Shown: positions 48,835 through 58,930, numbered from the stretch's first letter. The stretch: DNA of 64,000 nt from Chloroflexota bacterium (GCA_022824865.1 JAJDZD010000069.1:495-64494); one strand, 5' to 3'. The notes: a model not told the origin generated them from the sequence alone. Translations and numbers: made by a program.

Positions 48835-49677
48835 TCAACCGTCGTAGTAGCCGATGATCGTGTCCATGGCCGTCGAGAGTTCGGTGACCCAGGCTTCCGG
48901 GGCCGCGGTGCTGGGGCTCACCTCCGGCGTAATCCAGCCGCTGTAGCCCACGCGCCGCAGCGTCTGCATCACCACCGGCCAGTCCACGTCGCCGTGCAGC
49001 AGCTGGGTGAAGCCCAACCATCCGCCTGGCCTGAGCGTGAAGTCCTTGACGTGTACGCGGGCGATGCGCTCGGCTCCCAGCGCCTCGATCCAGTGCTGCG
49101 GACGCCCGAACTGCATTACGTTGCCGACATCGAAGTAGACCCGTAAAAAAGGGCTGGCGAAGCCATCGACAAACTCCAGCATGTCGCGCGGACTCAGAAT
49201 CAACGCATTCCAGACGTTCTCGACCGCCAGGGTCACACCGGCATCCTCGGCCGCCGGCAGCAGAGCCTCCGTGGCGGTGCGCGCGGCATCCCAGATCTGG
49301 GTAAACGGCTGGTCGTCGGTGACCACGCCGGGGATGTAGAGCAGCGTGTCCACGTCCAGATCCGACGCCAGGTCAATACTGCAGCGCACCAGCGCCTGCC
49401 CCTCCGCACGGGATTCGGCATCCAACGACGACGCCGAGAACTGCCAGGGCAAGCCGGCATTGAGACTGAAGATCGGCGGTCCGTCGGCCGCCAGGCGCCT
49501 CAGTTCCTGCCGTTCGGCCTGAGTGGCCCGCAGCGAAAAACGGCCCGTCGCCGGAAGTGTCAGTTCCACGCCCTCGAACCCGCTCTCGCCGGCCAGACGG
49601 AATACGTCGGGCACTGCTGTCTCGGCGCCAAGACAGCTATCGCGCAAGCCCTTGCGCAAGTACCGGGTGGCGGTCAC
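48835..49677 (-). CDS. sugar phosphate isomerase/epimerase (xylose-isomerase-like TIM barrel)
   Basis: GFEGVEL, LAVENVWN and HVKDF blocks. I chose GTG 49677 with a GAGGGAG RBS. The track ORF extends to 49740. Confidence 0.7.
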   Translation of the reverse strand: MTATRYLRKGLRDSCLGAETAVPDVFRLAGESGFEGVELTLPATGRFSLRATQAERQELRRLAADGPPIFSLNAGLPWQFSASSLDAESRAEGQALVRCSIDLASDLDVDTLLYIPGVVTDDQPFTQIWDAARTATEALLPAAEDAGVTLAVENVWNALILSPRDMLEFVDGFASPFLRVYFDVGNVMQFGRPQHWIEALGAERIARVHVKDFTLRPGGWLGFTQLLHGDVDWPVVMQTLRRVGYSGWITPEVSPSTAAPEAWVTELSTAMDTIIGYYDG

Positions 49678-49809
49678 GGAGTGCTCCCTCAAAGCGATGC
49701 CTGGAACTCCCGAGTGTAGTGGTCGGCCGTGGACCGGCAACGGCTGGAGCCTTGCCCGAACCGTACCTGGATCACAACCCGAACGAGGTGGCGCGTGCGT
49801 CGCGGGCGA

Positions 49810-50988
49810 TCAGTTCGGCGGCAACTGTCCTGGCGTCGTATTAATCGCCTGCGGTCGTGGCGCCAGCGTTGCTTCCAATTCGATCAGCTGCCCTCGGCGA
49901 CGGACGGAAATGGTGATCGTCTCACCTACCTGGGCGCCATCGATGGCGTGAGCCAGCGTGTACTCGCGCGTCAACGGCTCGCCATTGATCGCCACGATCA
50001 GGTCGCCGGCCGCCACGCCGGCTGCGCTTGCGGTCGTGTCGGGCATCACCCCGCTCACGCCCACCGCGTACGGGTACGGTGATCCGGCAAAGGCGTCGAC
50101 TTCCGGATCGATCAACTGATAGCGCACGCCTAGCAGGCCCCGCGCCACCGTGCCGGTCGCTTCCAGTTCAGGCAGTCGGGGAATGATGCGTGCGATCGGC
50201 AGGGCAAACCCGATGTCGTTCGCGTTGGACTGCACGGCCGTATTGATGCCCACCACGCGCCCGTCGGCGGTGACCAGGGGGCCGCCGCTGTTCCCTTGGT
50301 TCACCGCCGCGTCGGTCTGGATCAGGCCGCGCAGCGGGATGGCCATGGGCCCGCTGTCGGTGTTCACGGTCCGCGGGATGAGGCGATCAAGACCGCTGAC
50401 GATGCCCGACGTGGCGGTGTTTCGGAAGTTGCGAGGGCTGCCGATCGCCAGGACGGGCTCGCCGACCCGCAACTCGGAATTCTCCGCCAGCTCCAGGGTC
50501 GGGAAGGGGCCGCCCTCGGCCTGCAGCACCGCGACGTCACCCCAGACGTCGCGTCCGACGATCGTCGCCGGAATCCGCTGGCCGTCGGACAGCGTGACCC
50601 GCACCTCGCCGCCAGCATCCTCCGGTAGGACGTGGGCGTTGGTCAGAATGCGGCCGTCGGTGCTGTAAAAGAACCCTGTCCCGATACCCGTGCCGCGGCT
50701 GAGCGCTCCTCGCCGGGCTTCAACGGTCACCACCGCCGGCATGAGCTGCTCCAGCAGATCAACGTACGACGTCGGGGCGGTGTCGGAGACTGTCGCCGAG
50801 GCGGTCGCGGCCGCCGTCGGTGCCTGTGGTGCGGCGGGAGCAACTGGCTGGGCTGGTGCGGCCGCGCGTCCCGCTAGGTATCCGCTGACTGCCCCACCGC
50901 CGGTCCCCAGGACGACGGTCAACACAAGAAGGCCGGCAACCCAGCGCGTAACGCCCGCTGAACGTATCGGCTGTGGAGATTGGGACAC
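49810..50988 (-). CDS. HtrA/DegP-family trypsin-like serine protease with C-terminal PDZ domain
   Basis: Catalytic GNSGGPL, His in TNAHV, and a PDZ block with GDLIVAING. N-terminal signal anchor. Start ambiguous: the track extends to 51144, which would overlap the divergent nitrilase gene. Confidence 0.8.
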   Translation of the reverse strand: MSQSPQPIRSAGVTRWVAGLLVLTVVLGTGGGAVSGYLAGRAAAPAQPVAPAAPQAPTAAATASATVSDTAPTSYVDLLEQLMPAVVTVEARRGALSRGTGIGTGFFYSTDGRILTNAHVLPEDAGGEVRVTLSDGQRIPATIVGRDVWGDVAVLQAEGGPFPTLELAENSELRVGEPVLAIGSPRNFRNTATSGIVSGLDRLIPRTVNTDSGPMAIPLRGLIQTDAAVNQGNSGGPLVTADGRVVGINTAVQSNANDIGFALPIARIIPRLPELEATGTVARGLLGVRYQLIDPEVDAFAGSPYPYAVGVSGVMPDTTASAAGVAAGDLIVAINGEPLTREYTLAHAIDGAQVGETITISVRRRGQLIELEATLAPRPQAINTTPGQLPPN

Positions 50989-51120
50989 GGGCGGGCCAGT
51001 CGAATGCAGAACACTTTGAGTATAGGCACGCCCGCTTGGCGTTCTGTGCGAATCGCTACGACCCGCGTCCCGGGCGAAGTGCGCCGCTAGACTGGCGCCG
51101 ACCGACCGAACCGCGAGGCG

Positions 51121-51992
51121 CCGTGCAGGACTTTCGGCTGGCATTGGCCCAGGTTCGGCCCGCCCTGGGCGACCTTGAACACAACCTGGCGCTGCACCTG
51201 GACTACATTGACCGAGCCGTGGCGGACGGCGCGGACGTGGTGGTGTTTCCCGAGCAGTCCCTGACCGGGTACTTCCTCAGCGACTTGGTGCCCGACGTGG
51301 CCCTGCGGCGGGACGATCCCCGGCTGGAACCGCTACGTCAGGCCAGCCGCAAGATCGACGTGATCTTCGGCTTCGTGGAAGAAACCTCGGACCATCGCTT
51401 CCTACCCGCCGCCGGCTACCTGCACGACGGCGAGTTCGTCCACGTCCACCACAAGGTCTACCTGGTCACCTATGGGCTGTTCGACGAGGCGCGCGATCTG
51501 GCCGGCGGCGCGACCGTGCGCGCCTTCGACACGCCGTTCGGCCGGCAGGCCATGTTGATCTGCGAAGACCTGTGGCACCCCACCACGGCCAGCATCGCAG
51601 CTGCCGACGGCGCGGACGTGATCTACGGGCTGTCCAGCAGCCCCGGCCGCGGGGTGGCGGGCGGAACGCACGAACTGGGCTCCGCCGAAACCTGGCGCGC
51701 CATCAACCGCCTCTACGCCACCCTGCACGTCGGCTACGTCGTCCACTGCAACCGCGTCGGTTTCGAGGATGGCGTGAATTTCTGGGGCGGTTCCGAGGTG
51801 GTTGGCCCGGATGGGGAGGTGGTGGCGCGAGCGCCTGACTTCGAGGAGGCCCTTGTGTTCGCCACCATGGCCGATGCCCCATTGCGGCGCCAGCGCACGC
51901 GTTTGCCGCTGCGGCGGGACGAAAACGTGACGCTCAACGGCCTGGAATTCGCCCGCATCGCCGCCCAACGGCACTGGTTGGATGACGGCTGA
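51121..51992 (+). CDS. carbon-nitrogen hydrolase (nitrilase superfamily) glutaminase-like protein
   Basis: E-K-C triad blocks are VVFPEQ, HHKVYL and LICEDLW. The GTG start gives VQDFRLALAQV, the usual N-terminus of CN hydrolases. Stop overlaps the nadE start. Confidence 0.8.
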
Positions 51993-52839
51993 GGTAGACC
52001 TGCGCCAGCGGGCGCGGCGCGGGCTGGACCTGGACCCCGGCCTGACCTGCCGGGTCCTCGAGGCCTTCATTCGCGACGAGATCGAGAAGTTCGGCATCCA
52101 GCGTGCGGTTGTCGCGCTTTCCGGCGGCATCGACTCCGCGGTCAGTTGCGCCCTGGCCGCTCGGGCCTTTGGCCCCGACCGGGTGCTGGCCGTCCTGATG
52201 CCCTACCGCACCAGCAACCCCGCCAGCCGCGCCGATGCCGAGACCCTGGTTGATCAGCTGGGCATCTTCTCGACGCTGATCGAGATCTCGGCGTCGGTCG
52301 ACGGTCTGCTGGGCGAACTGGACGACGACCCGAGCCCGCTGCGCCGCGGCAACATCATGGCGCGCGCTCGTATGATCGCCCTCTACGACCAGTCGGAGGC
52401 GTTCGGGGGGCTGGTGGTGGGCACCAGCAACAAGACTGAGCTGCTGCTGGGCTACGGCACCCAGTTCGGCGACATGGCCAGCGCCGTGAACCCGATCGGC
52501 GATCTCTATAAGGCCCAGGTACGCGCCCTGGCGGAGGCGCTGGACGTACCCGTCGCGATCCGCGAAAAGGCCCCCAGCGCCGACCTTTGGGTTGGGCAAT
52601 CCGACGAAGATGAGCTTGGGTTTGATTACGAGACCGCCGACCAGGTGCTTTACCTGCTGATCGACGAGATGTACGCGGCGGACGACCTGGTAGCCGGCGG
52701 ATTCGACGCCGATCTGGTCCACGAATTACAGCGGCGGGTGGTTCGATCGCAGTTCAAACGGCGGCTGCCGCTCATCGCCAAGCTCTCGAACCGTACGATT
52801 GACCGCGATTTCCGCTACCCGCGCGATTGGGGACGCTGA
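51982..52839 (+). CDS. nadE: NH3-dependent NAD+ synthetase domain protein
   Basis: VVALSGGIDSAV is the PP-loop. NadE blocks VVGTSNKTE and GDLYKAQV. 285 aa. Confidence 0.85.
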   Translation: MTAEVDLRQRARRGLDLDPGLTCRVLEAFIRDEIEKFGIQRAVVALSGGIDSAVSCALAARAFGPDRVLAVLMPYRTSNPASRADAETLVDQLGIFSTLIEISASVDGLLGELDDDPSPLRRGNIMARARMIALYDQSEAFGGLVVGTSNKTELLLGYGTQFGDMASAVNPIGDLYKAQVRALAEALDVPVAIREKAPSADLWVGQSDEDELGFDYETADQVLYLLIDEMYAADDLVAGGFDADLVHELQRRVVRSQFKRRLPLIAKLSNRTIDRDFRYPRDWGR

Positions 52840-52842
52840 CCA

Positions 52843-53697
52843 ATGCCTGTCTTTAGCCTGGCCACCGCCCTGTGGCCCAACGGCGTGCCGTTCGACCAGG
52901 TGATTGCCGAAGTTGCCGCCGCCGGATTCACGCAGTGCGAACTCTTCGACACCAAAGATATGGCGGATGAGCGCACGGCCGGGGAGCGCCGCCGCATCCT
53001 GAACCAGCACGGCGTCTGGGTCCGCACAATTCACTCCGACCTTGGCGTCAACCTGGCGGCGCTTGATGACGACGAACGCGCCCGGGCCGTGGCGTCAGTG
53101 GAGTCATGCTTTGAGCCGTTTGCCGAACTCGGCGGGTTTGCGGTGATCGTGCATCCCACCGGCCGCGACTCCAACGTTGATGCGGAGTTGCACATCGGCG
53201 CCTTTCGGCGTTCGCTGGACACCCTGACGGCCAGGGCCGAAGAGCTGGGCATCCGCCTTGCCTGCGAGAACCTGCAGCACAAAGGGCAGTCGCGGCCACT
53301 GTGCCGGATGGAGGACCTGCGGCGCGTGGTTGACCACTATCCGTCGACCGTCGGCATCTGCCTGGACACCGGCCACGCCAACAACAACAGCTTGGACCCG
53401 GCCGACGAGGCGCGCATCGCCGGCGAGCGGCTGATTGCCCTGCACCTGCAAGACACCGACGCGGTGGAGGATCGGCACTGGCCACCGGGGCTGGGCAACA
53501 TCAACTGGCGTCGCGTAAGCGCGGCGCTGATTGAAATCGGCTTCGACGGCGCCTGGACGTTCGAAGTGGGAACCGGCGCGTCGGGTCCCGCTGCTACCGC
53601 CGCCCTGATTCGTCGCATTGCCGACGCGTGGGCGGAAGGACGGGCGCCCTCAGAACTCCCACAGACGGAGACCGCCGCCGGCTTCGACGCGCTCTAA
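52843..53697 (+). CDS. sugar phosphate isomerase/epimerase (xylose-isomerase-like TIM barrel)
   Basis: IRLACEN, CLDTGHAN and LHLQD blocks. Starts 3 nt after nadE. Confidence 0.75.
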   Translation: MPVFSLATALWPNGVPFDQVIAEVAAAGFTQCELFDTKDMADERTAGERRRILNQHGVWVRTIHSDLGVNLAALDDDERARAVASVESCFEPFAELGGFAVIVHPTGRDSNVDAELHIGAFRRSLDTLTARAEELGIRLACENLQHKGQSRPLCRMEDLRRVVDHYPSTVGICLDTGHANNNSLDPADEARIAGERLIALHLQDTDAVEDRHWPPGLGNINWRRVSAALIEIGFDGAWTFEVGTGASGPAATAALIRRIADAWAEGRAPSELPQTETAAGFDAL

Positions 53698-54261
53698 CAG
53701 CGTCCGAGCCTGGTGGACGCGGTCCGGCGGCTCGCCGCGGGTGTGTCGCAGGTAGGCCTGCAGGTCGGCTGCCGCCTCACGATGCCGACCCAGCAAGCGA
53801 TAGACGCCTGCTCGGTCAACCAGCAGGCTGCGGTCGTTGGCGTCCAGCTCGATCGCCCGGGTCAGGTCCAACAGCGCAAATTCGGGGTTGCCGCGCAGGT
53901 TGGCCAACGCCCGCTGCCGATGGCGGCTGGCCATCGAGACGGGTAGCGCCGCGCATACTGCCGCGCTGGCCGCCGTCACCAACCCCACGCCGATGATCAG
54001 GTAGGCAAATGGAATGCGCTCGGTGCCCACCGCAACTCCGGCAACGACTGTGATACAGAAGACGGCCACGAGGAATGCGTAATAGCGGAGAAGGGGCGAC
54101 CGACCGGGCAAGAGATCTTTACTACAGTTACTGCACCGGGCGACAGGTCCATACTGCCGCGCCCTGCACCGCGGACACTGCAACTCGCGCGCTACTCCCT
54201 TGGCGGCCGCTGCCTCAACCCGACTCAGGCCAGCCCGGGCGCGCCTTACAGATGTTAACAA
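53650..54261 (-). CDS. hypothetical membrane protein with N-terminal zinc ribbon (CPRC...CSNC), two TM helices and a TPR-like C-terminus
   Basis: Cys4 ribbon, two hydrophobic helices, and a helical C-terminal repeat. Start uncertain. Convergent 48 bp overlap with the isomerase. Confidence 0.4.
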   Translation of the reverse strand: MLTSVRRARAGLSRVEAAAAKGVARELQCPRCRARQYGPVARCSNCSKDLLPGRSPLLRYYAFLVAVFCITVVAGVAVGTERIPFAYLIIGVGLVTAASAAVCAALPVSMASRHRQRALANLRGNPEFALLDLTRAIELDANDRSLLVDRAGVYRLLGRHREAAADLQAYLRHTRGEPPDRVHQARTLLERVEAGGGLRLWEF

Positions 54262-54425
54262 CGTGACATAACGTTCGCAAGGTTGTGAGGACTTGTGTTA
54301 TGCCGCCGGTCACACGTTGTGTCGCGGCAGGCGGCGGCGTTCCACCTCCAAAGGTCTCGCTATACTCCCAGAACATCCCGCGCGTACTTGCACGGCACGA
54401 CCCACGCGCTCGCGGGCCAACCACT

Positions 54426-56075
54426 ATGATTCGCAGTCGCCTTTCCGCATTGTTGTCTCAAGGGCTGTCCGCGGCGCAGGCTGCCGGCACGATCCCCGCC
54501 ACGCCGCCCGTAACCTTCAGCCTCGAGCGGCGCGAGGACGACCTGGCCCACTATTCCAGTTCCGAAGCCCTGCGGCTGGCCCGGATCGTCGGCGCCCCGC
54601 CCCGCATGATCGCCGAAGCCATCGTCGCCCATCTGCCTCCGGCGCCGGAGGTCAGCCGCGTTGAAACCGCCGGCCCGGGGTTCATTAACTTCTGGATTGA
54701 CGACGCCTGGGTACTTGACCAGCTGCGGGAAATCGTCCACGCCGGTTCCGCCTACGGCGGGTCCAACCACGGCGACGGCGCCAGCGTCCAGGTGGAGTAC
54801 GTCAGCGCCAACCCCACGGGACCGCTCACGGCCGGCGCTGGCCGCGGCGGCGTCGTTGGCGATGCCCTGGCCCGGCTGCTCGAAACCTGCGGATACGACG
54901 TCACGCGTGAGTACTACGTCAACGACGCCGGCCATCAGGTCGAGATCCTGGGCCTCAGTGTCTATCACCACTACGCCGCGGCCTTGGGCGAGCAGGCGCC
55001 GTTCCCGGCGGACGGCTACCAGGGCGACTATGTCGCCGACTGGGCCGGGCGGATCGCACGCGAGGACGGTTCGCGTTGGCTTGGCAACGGCGTTCCCGGC
55101 GACCCGCGGGCATTCGAAGCCCGGGCCGTCGAGATCGGTCTCGCCGAGATTCGACGCGACCTGGATGATCTCGGGATCGAATTCGACGTCTGGTTCTCCG
55201 AGCAGGCCATGCGCGACCGCGGCGCTGTCGACGAGGTGCTCCGGACCTTGGACGAGCAGGGATTCGTCGCGGAACGCGATGGCGCGGTCTGGTTCATCGG
55301 CGGCGCCGGCGCCGAAGATCGCGAGAACGTGCTCGTTCGGTCGCGCGGCGACCCCACGTACTTCGCCGTGGACATTGCCTACCACCAGGACAAGTTTGCC
55401 GCGCGCGGCTTCGAGCGTGTGATCGATGTGTGGGGCGCGGATCACCACGGGCACGTTCCCCGCATGCACGCCGCCATGGAGGCGTTGGACGCGAGCGCCG
55501 ACGCCGCTCGCCTCGAAATCCTGGTCACTCAGATGGTCGGCATCCGCACCGACGGTGAACTCGGTCGCCAGGGCAAGCGCAGCGGAAAGTTCGTCACCCT
55601 GCGGGAGGTCCTGGACGAGGTGGGTCCGGCGGCGACTCGCTACTTCTTTCTCTCGAAAGCCATCGACAGCCAGATGGAGTTCGACCTGGAACTGGCGAAG
55701 CGCGAAGACCCGGAAAATCCCGTCTACTACATCCAGATGGCCCACGCTCGCTGCGCCGGCATCCAGCGAACCGCCGCTTCTGCCCCCACCGCTGACGGAG
55801 CGGCCAGCCTCACGCCGGACGACGTCGCCCTCGCGCGCCGCCTGCTCGCATTCCCCGAGGTCGTGGTGGACGCCTGCCTGAACCGTGAACCGCACCGGGT
55901 TACGCATTACTTGCTTGAACTGGCGCGCGTCTTCCACTCGTACTACAACAAACACCGGGTCGTAACGGACGACGCGGCCCGGACGGCCCGCCGGTTGGAA
56001 CTGGTACGTGCGGTCCGGCAGGTGCTGGCGAACGGACTTGGCCTGCTGGGAATCGCCGCGCCGGAGCGAATGTAA
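54426..56075 (+). CDS. argS: arginine--tRNA ligase
   Basis: The N-terminal add-1-like domain, catalytic core (SANPTGPLT region) and C-terminal DALR-type anticodon-binding domain match ArgS order and length (549 aa). I chose ATG 54426. A TATACT -10-like box lies at about 54357. Confidence 0.85.
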   Translation: MIRSRLSALLSQGLSAAQAAGTIPATPPVTFSLERREDDLAHYSSSEALRLARIVGAPPRMIAEAIVAHLPPAPEVSRVETAGPGFINFWIDDAWVLDQLREIVHAGSAYGGSNHGDGASVQVEYVSANPTGPLTAGAGRGGVVGDALARLLETCGYDVTREYYVNDAGHQVEILGLSVYHHYAAALGEQAPFPADGYQGDYVADWAGRIAREDGSRWLGNGVPGDPRAFEARAVEIGLAEIRRDLDDLGIEFDVWFSEQAMRDRGAVDEVLRTLDEQGFVAERDGAVWFIGGAGAEDRENVLVRSRGDPTYFAVDIAYHQDKFAARGFERVIDVWGADHHGHVPRMHAAMEALDASADAARLEILVTQMVGIRTDGELGRQGKRSGKFVTLREVLDEVGPAATRYFFLSKAIDSQMEFDLELAKREDPENPVYYIQMAHARCAGIQRTAASAPTADGAASLTPDDVALARRLLAFPEVVVDACLNREPHRVTHYLLELARVFHSYYNKHRVVTDDAARTARRLELVRAVRQVLANGLGLLGIAAPERM

Positions 56076-56082
56076 GCCGGCG

Positions 56083-57177
56083 CTACGCCAGCGTCGCCAG
56101 GTTTGGCGTTGGCCAGGTCGCCACGCCGCCTTCCGCCAGCCGGACGCGCATGAATTGGGTGGCGATACCCGAACTCATCCGGCCCACCTCCGGCGCGTCA
56201 CCCAGCGCTATCCCTTCGGCCCCCGCGCCGGGGCCGCTGGCAAGCCGCACGGGTAGATGGTCGGCGGCCCGCTGCGCCAGCCCCTCGGCCGCCGTCGGCG
56301 GCAGGAGAATTTCAGACTGGCCCGGTTGCCGCGCGCCAATCACGGCGCCGTTTGTGCCTTCGGCGGCCCGGAAGATGTCCTGCAAGGCGTGCGGCATCCG
56401 CGCCGCGCCCACGCCGGCGGTCAACACGATCGTCTGTGGCGGTCGCCCGTAGCTTCCGTCGGGCGGCGATAGACCGGCAATGGTCGGGGCGAGCCCCAGA
56501 CCCGTGGCCATCTCCGCGTCGGTGGAGGGAGCCACAATGCCGACCGTGCGCGTCTCCAGCGCCCGGCGAACCCACTCGGCGCGCAGCGGATCCGGCGTGA
56601 CCAGGATGCCCGGCTCGGCGCCATCGGCCCTCGAATCGGGGCGCTCGCCGGACTCCACGAACCGAAGCGGCCCATAGGCGCGGCCGCCGCCGCCCAGCGC
56701 TCCGGCCACTGCCACGCCGTCACCCTCCACCACGATTCCATCATCCGGGTCGGCGCTCACCACCTCGCCGCCCAGGCGGCAATAAAGCGCGGCGTCACGC
56801 ACCTCGCGCACGAAGACCGCGACGCCGGTTCGTGCGTTGACTTCGGTCAGCGTCCCGCGCGTGGGCGCCAGCCAGTGACGACTGGTGCGCAAGCGGCCCG
56901 GCGTGCCCGCCAGCAGCGTCTCCGCTTCCACCCTCACCCCAGGCTCGACCGCCAGCAGGTCGGGAACTTCGTCCGGCTGAACCTGGAGCAGGCGCGGGAG
57001 ATCCACCACAACCACGCCGCTCCGCAGGCGCCCACGGCACCAGACCTGGCCAGCGACGACGCGGTCGCCAACGTCCACCAGGATCCGCCCGGGGAACGGC
57101 AGGGCGTGCCGGCGGCGCAGCCGCCCTACAAACACGCCGCGCGGCAGTGCCTGGCGACTCACCGGTTCAGGCGGCAT
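56083..57177 (-). CDS. hypothetical protein (second gene of a two-gene operon of unknown function)
   Basis: Normal amino-acid composition. I chose ATG 57177, which overlaps the upstream gene stop by 11 nt. The track ORF continues to 57300 in an R/G-rich leader. Confidence 0.5.
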   Translation of the reverse strand: MPPEPVSRQALPRGVFVGRLRRRHALPFPGRILVDVGDRVVAGQVWCRGRLRSGVVVVDLPRLLQVQPDEVPDLLAVEPGVRVEAETLLAGTPGRLRTSRHWLAPTRGTLTEVNARTGVAVFVREVRDAALYCRLGGEVVSADPDDGIVVEGDGVAVAGALGGGGRAYGPLRFVESGERPDSRADGAEPGILVTPDPLRAEWVRRALETRTVGIVAPSTDAEMATGLGLAPTIAGLSPPDGSYGRPPQTIVLTAGVGAARMPHALQDIFRAAEGTNGAVIGARQPGQSEILLPPTAAEGLAQRAADHLPVRLASGPGAGAEGIALGDAPEVGRMSSGIATQFMRVRLAEGGVATWPTPNLATLA

Positions 57178-58930
57178 GTGGAGCTTCCTGACGTTGCGGA
57201 CGCGCGGCGGGATAGGCGTTGAGCGCCCGGTGCCATTGCCCGACCCAGGCCTGCCGCGCATTCGGCGCATCCGGCCACACCAGCGGGCGACCGCGCGCAT
57301 CGATCACCAGGCCAATACTCCCCGCCATGATCGGCGCGCGCAGGTGGACCGGGCGGCCATAGCCCAGCCCGGCATCGAACTCGGGCGCTGGCCAGATGCG
57401 CACTTCGGCCTCGACGTCCGTTTCCCACTGAATCACATCCATCGAGCCGGCCGTCACCTCTCGCTCGATCACCGCGGCGCCGGCCGGTTGGACCTCCACG
57501 CCAACCGCCGCGTTGCCCAGCGAGGCGTCGCCGCGCAATGCCGCGCAGGCCCCCAGCCGTACCAGTGAAGACTCCACGGCGGCCGGTTGTCCGACCTGGA
57601 GCAGGCTTCCGCTCATCCCCAGCGCGTTCGAGGCGTCCAGCGCCAGTTGCGTCACGCCCGCCGTCTCCAGGCTGTTGATCAGCACCAGCGCCGCCTGCAC
57701 GGGCCGCGCTAGGGTCTGGGTGATGTCGCCGGTGATCACGGCCAGGTCAACCGCCGCTGGCTGGCCCTGGCCGCCGCCGGACCCGCGCAGGGCATCGCGC
57801 GCCGCCGCGGTCCAGACGGCGTGTGCCAGTTGCAGTTCCGCGGAGGTGGCGGGCAACGCCGTCGGATGCGCCGTTCGTTCCAGGACGAACACCTGTAGAG
57901 CCTCCGGCAGCGGGTCGTCGGTCGTCCAGCGCGCCACCCGGTCGACGGGCGTGTGCAGCCCGAGATGGAACGGCCGCCCCTGCGGGCGTTCGGATCCAAG
58001 CCGCGTTACGACTGAAGCCTCACCCTGCACCGTCACGGCCGTGACCGCGCCGTAGTCATAGGAGATCACCGCGCAGTCGAGTTCCTGGCCCGCGCTTAGC
58101 CCCTGGGCCGCCGCGTCCAACGCCGCGGCGCGCGAGACCTGAGGCGCGCGGCTGACGGCGAGCGGGACAAGCCGGTCTTCCGACATGCCGCGCTGTACGG
58201 CGCGGGCCGCATCCTGGAGCGCGGCCAACGGAGTTCCCATGTCAAGCGGCTCATCCGGCGAGCCGCCGTGGGTCTGAAAAACCGTGGTGGGCATCGCGTT
58301 CTGGAGATGCTCGCAGGTCGCGGAGTCCGGCAGCCCGCCGTACAACACGACCACCCGCGGCACGTAGCCGGACTCGTGTCCGGCCAGCCCGCCCACCAGT
58401 AAGTCCGCAACATACGCCAGGCTCTCGCCGGCATCGTCGCCGCTGAGCGCCACCACGACGGTGTCCGGCGTGCGCGACACCATCACTTCCAGCGCGGCCG
58501 GTCCGTCCACCCGGTCGCGGAAGGCACGGCCGGAGGTGGTGGCGTGGCCGACCTGCTCGAACCCCGCCTCGGCGATGGTGGCGGTCAGGGCCTCCTGATC
58601 GCGCTGCACCAGGTTGCCCATCAGGAATGCCGTGGGTCCGCCGGCGACCTGGTCGCCGGTTACGGCGGCCATCACCGGCGCGCGCTCCGTCAACGGGCCG
58701 TCGTGAGGCGGGGAGGGGAAGGCAAAGCTGCCCGCCCGCGCCGCCGCGTCGGCCAACGCCCCCTCGAATGCCGGCGTGAGATCGAAGTGCGGCGAATCCA
58801 GGGTGGACGGCGCGGAGCCTGCGGCCAGAATGCGGTAGCCGCCCGCGCTGCGCGCATAGATGCCGGCACGGACCCAGGGCCCCAGATCCATCACCATCAG
58901 GCGTTCAGGCGAGTCAGGTCTCACACGCAT
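57167..58930 (-). CDS. hypothetical protein, 587 aa, with possible actin-fold (ASKHA) ATPase motifs
   Basis: MVMDLGPWVRAGIY resembles the hydrophobic-DxG phosphate-1 motif. A later VISYDYGAVTAV resembles a phosphate-2 (DxGxxT) element. Resemblance only. Confidence 0.5.
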   Translation of the reverse strand: MRVRPDSPERLMVMDLGPWVRAGIYARSAGGYRILAAGSAPSTLDSPHFDLTPAFEGALADAAARAGSFAFPSPPHDGPLTERAPVMAAVTGDQVAGGPTAFLMGNLVQRDQEALTATIAEAGFEQVGHATTSGRAFRDRVDGPAALEVMVSRTPDTVVVALSGDDAGESLAYVADLLVGGLAGHESGYVPRVVVLYGGLPDSATCEHLQNAMPTTVFQTHGGSPDEPLDMGTPLAALQDAARAVQRGMSEDRLVPLAVSRAPQVSRAAALDAAAQGLSAGQELDCAVISYDYGAVTAVTVQGEASVVTRLGSERPQGRPFHLGLHTPVDRVARWTTDDPLPEALQVFVLERTAHPTALPATSAELQLAHAVWTAAARDALRGSGGGQGQPAAVDLAVITGDITQTLARPVQAALVLINSLETAGVTQLALDASNALGMSGSLLQVGQPAAVESSLVRLGACAALRGDASLGNAAVGVEVQPAGAAVIEREVTAGSMDVIQWETDVEAEVRIWPAPEFDAGLGYGRPVHLRAPIMAGSIGLVIDARGRPLVWPDAPNARQAWVGQWHRALNAYPAARPQRQEAPHAA

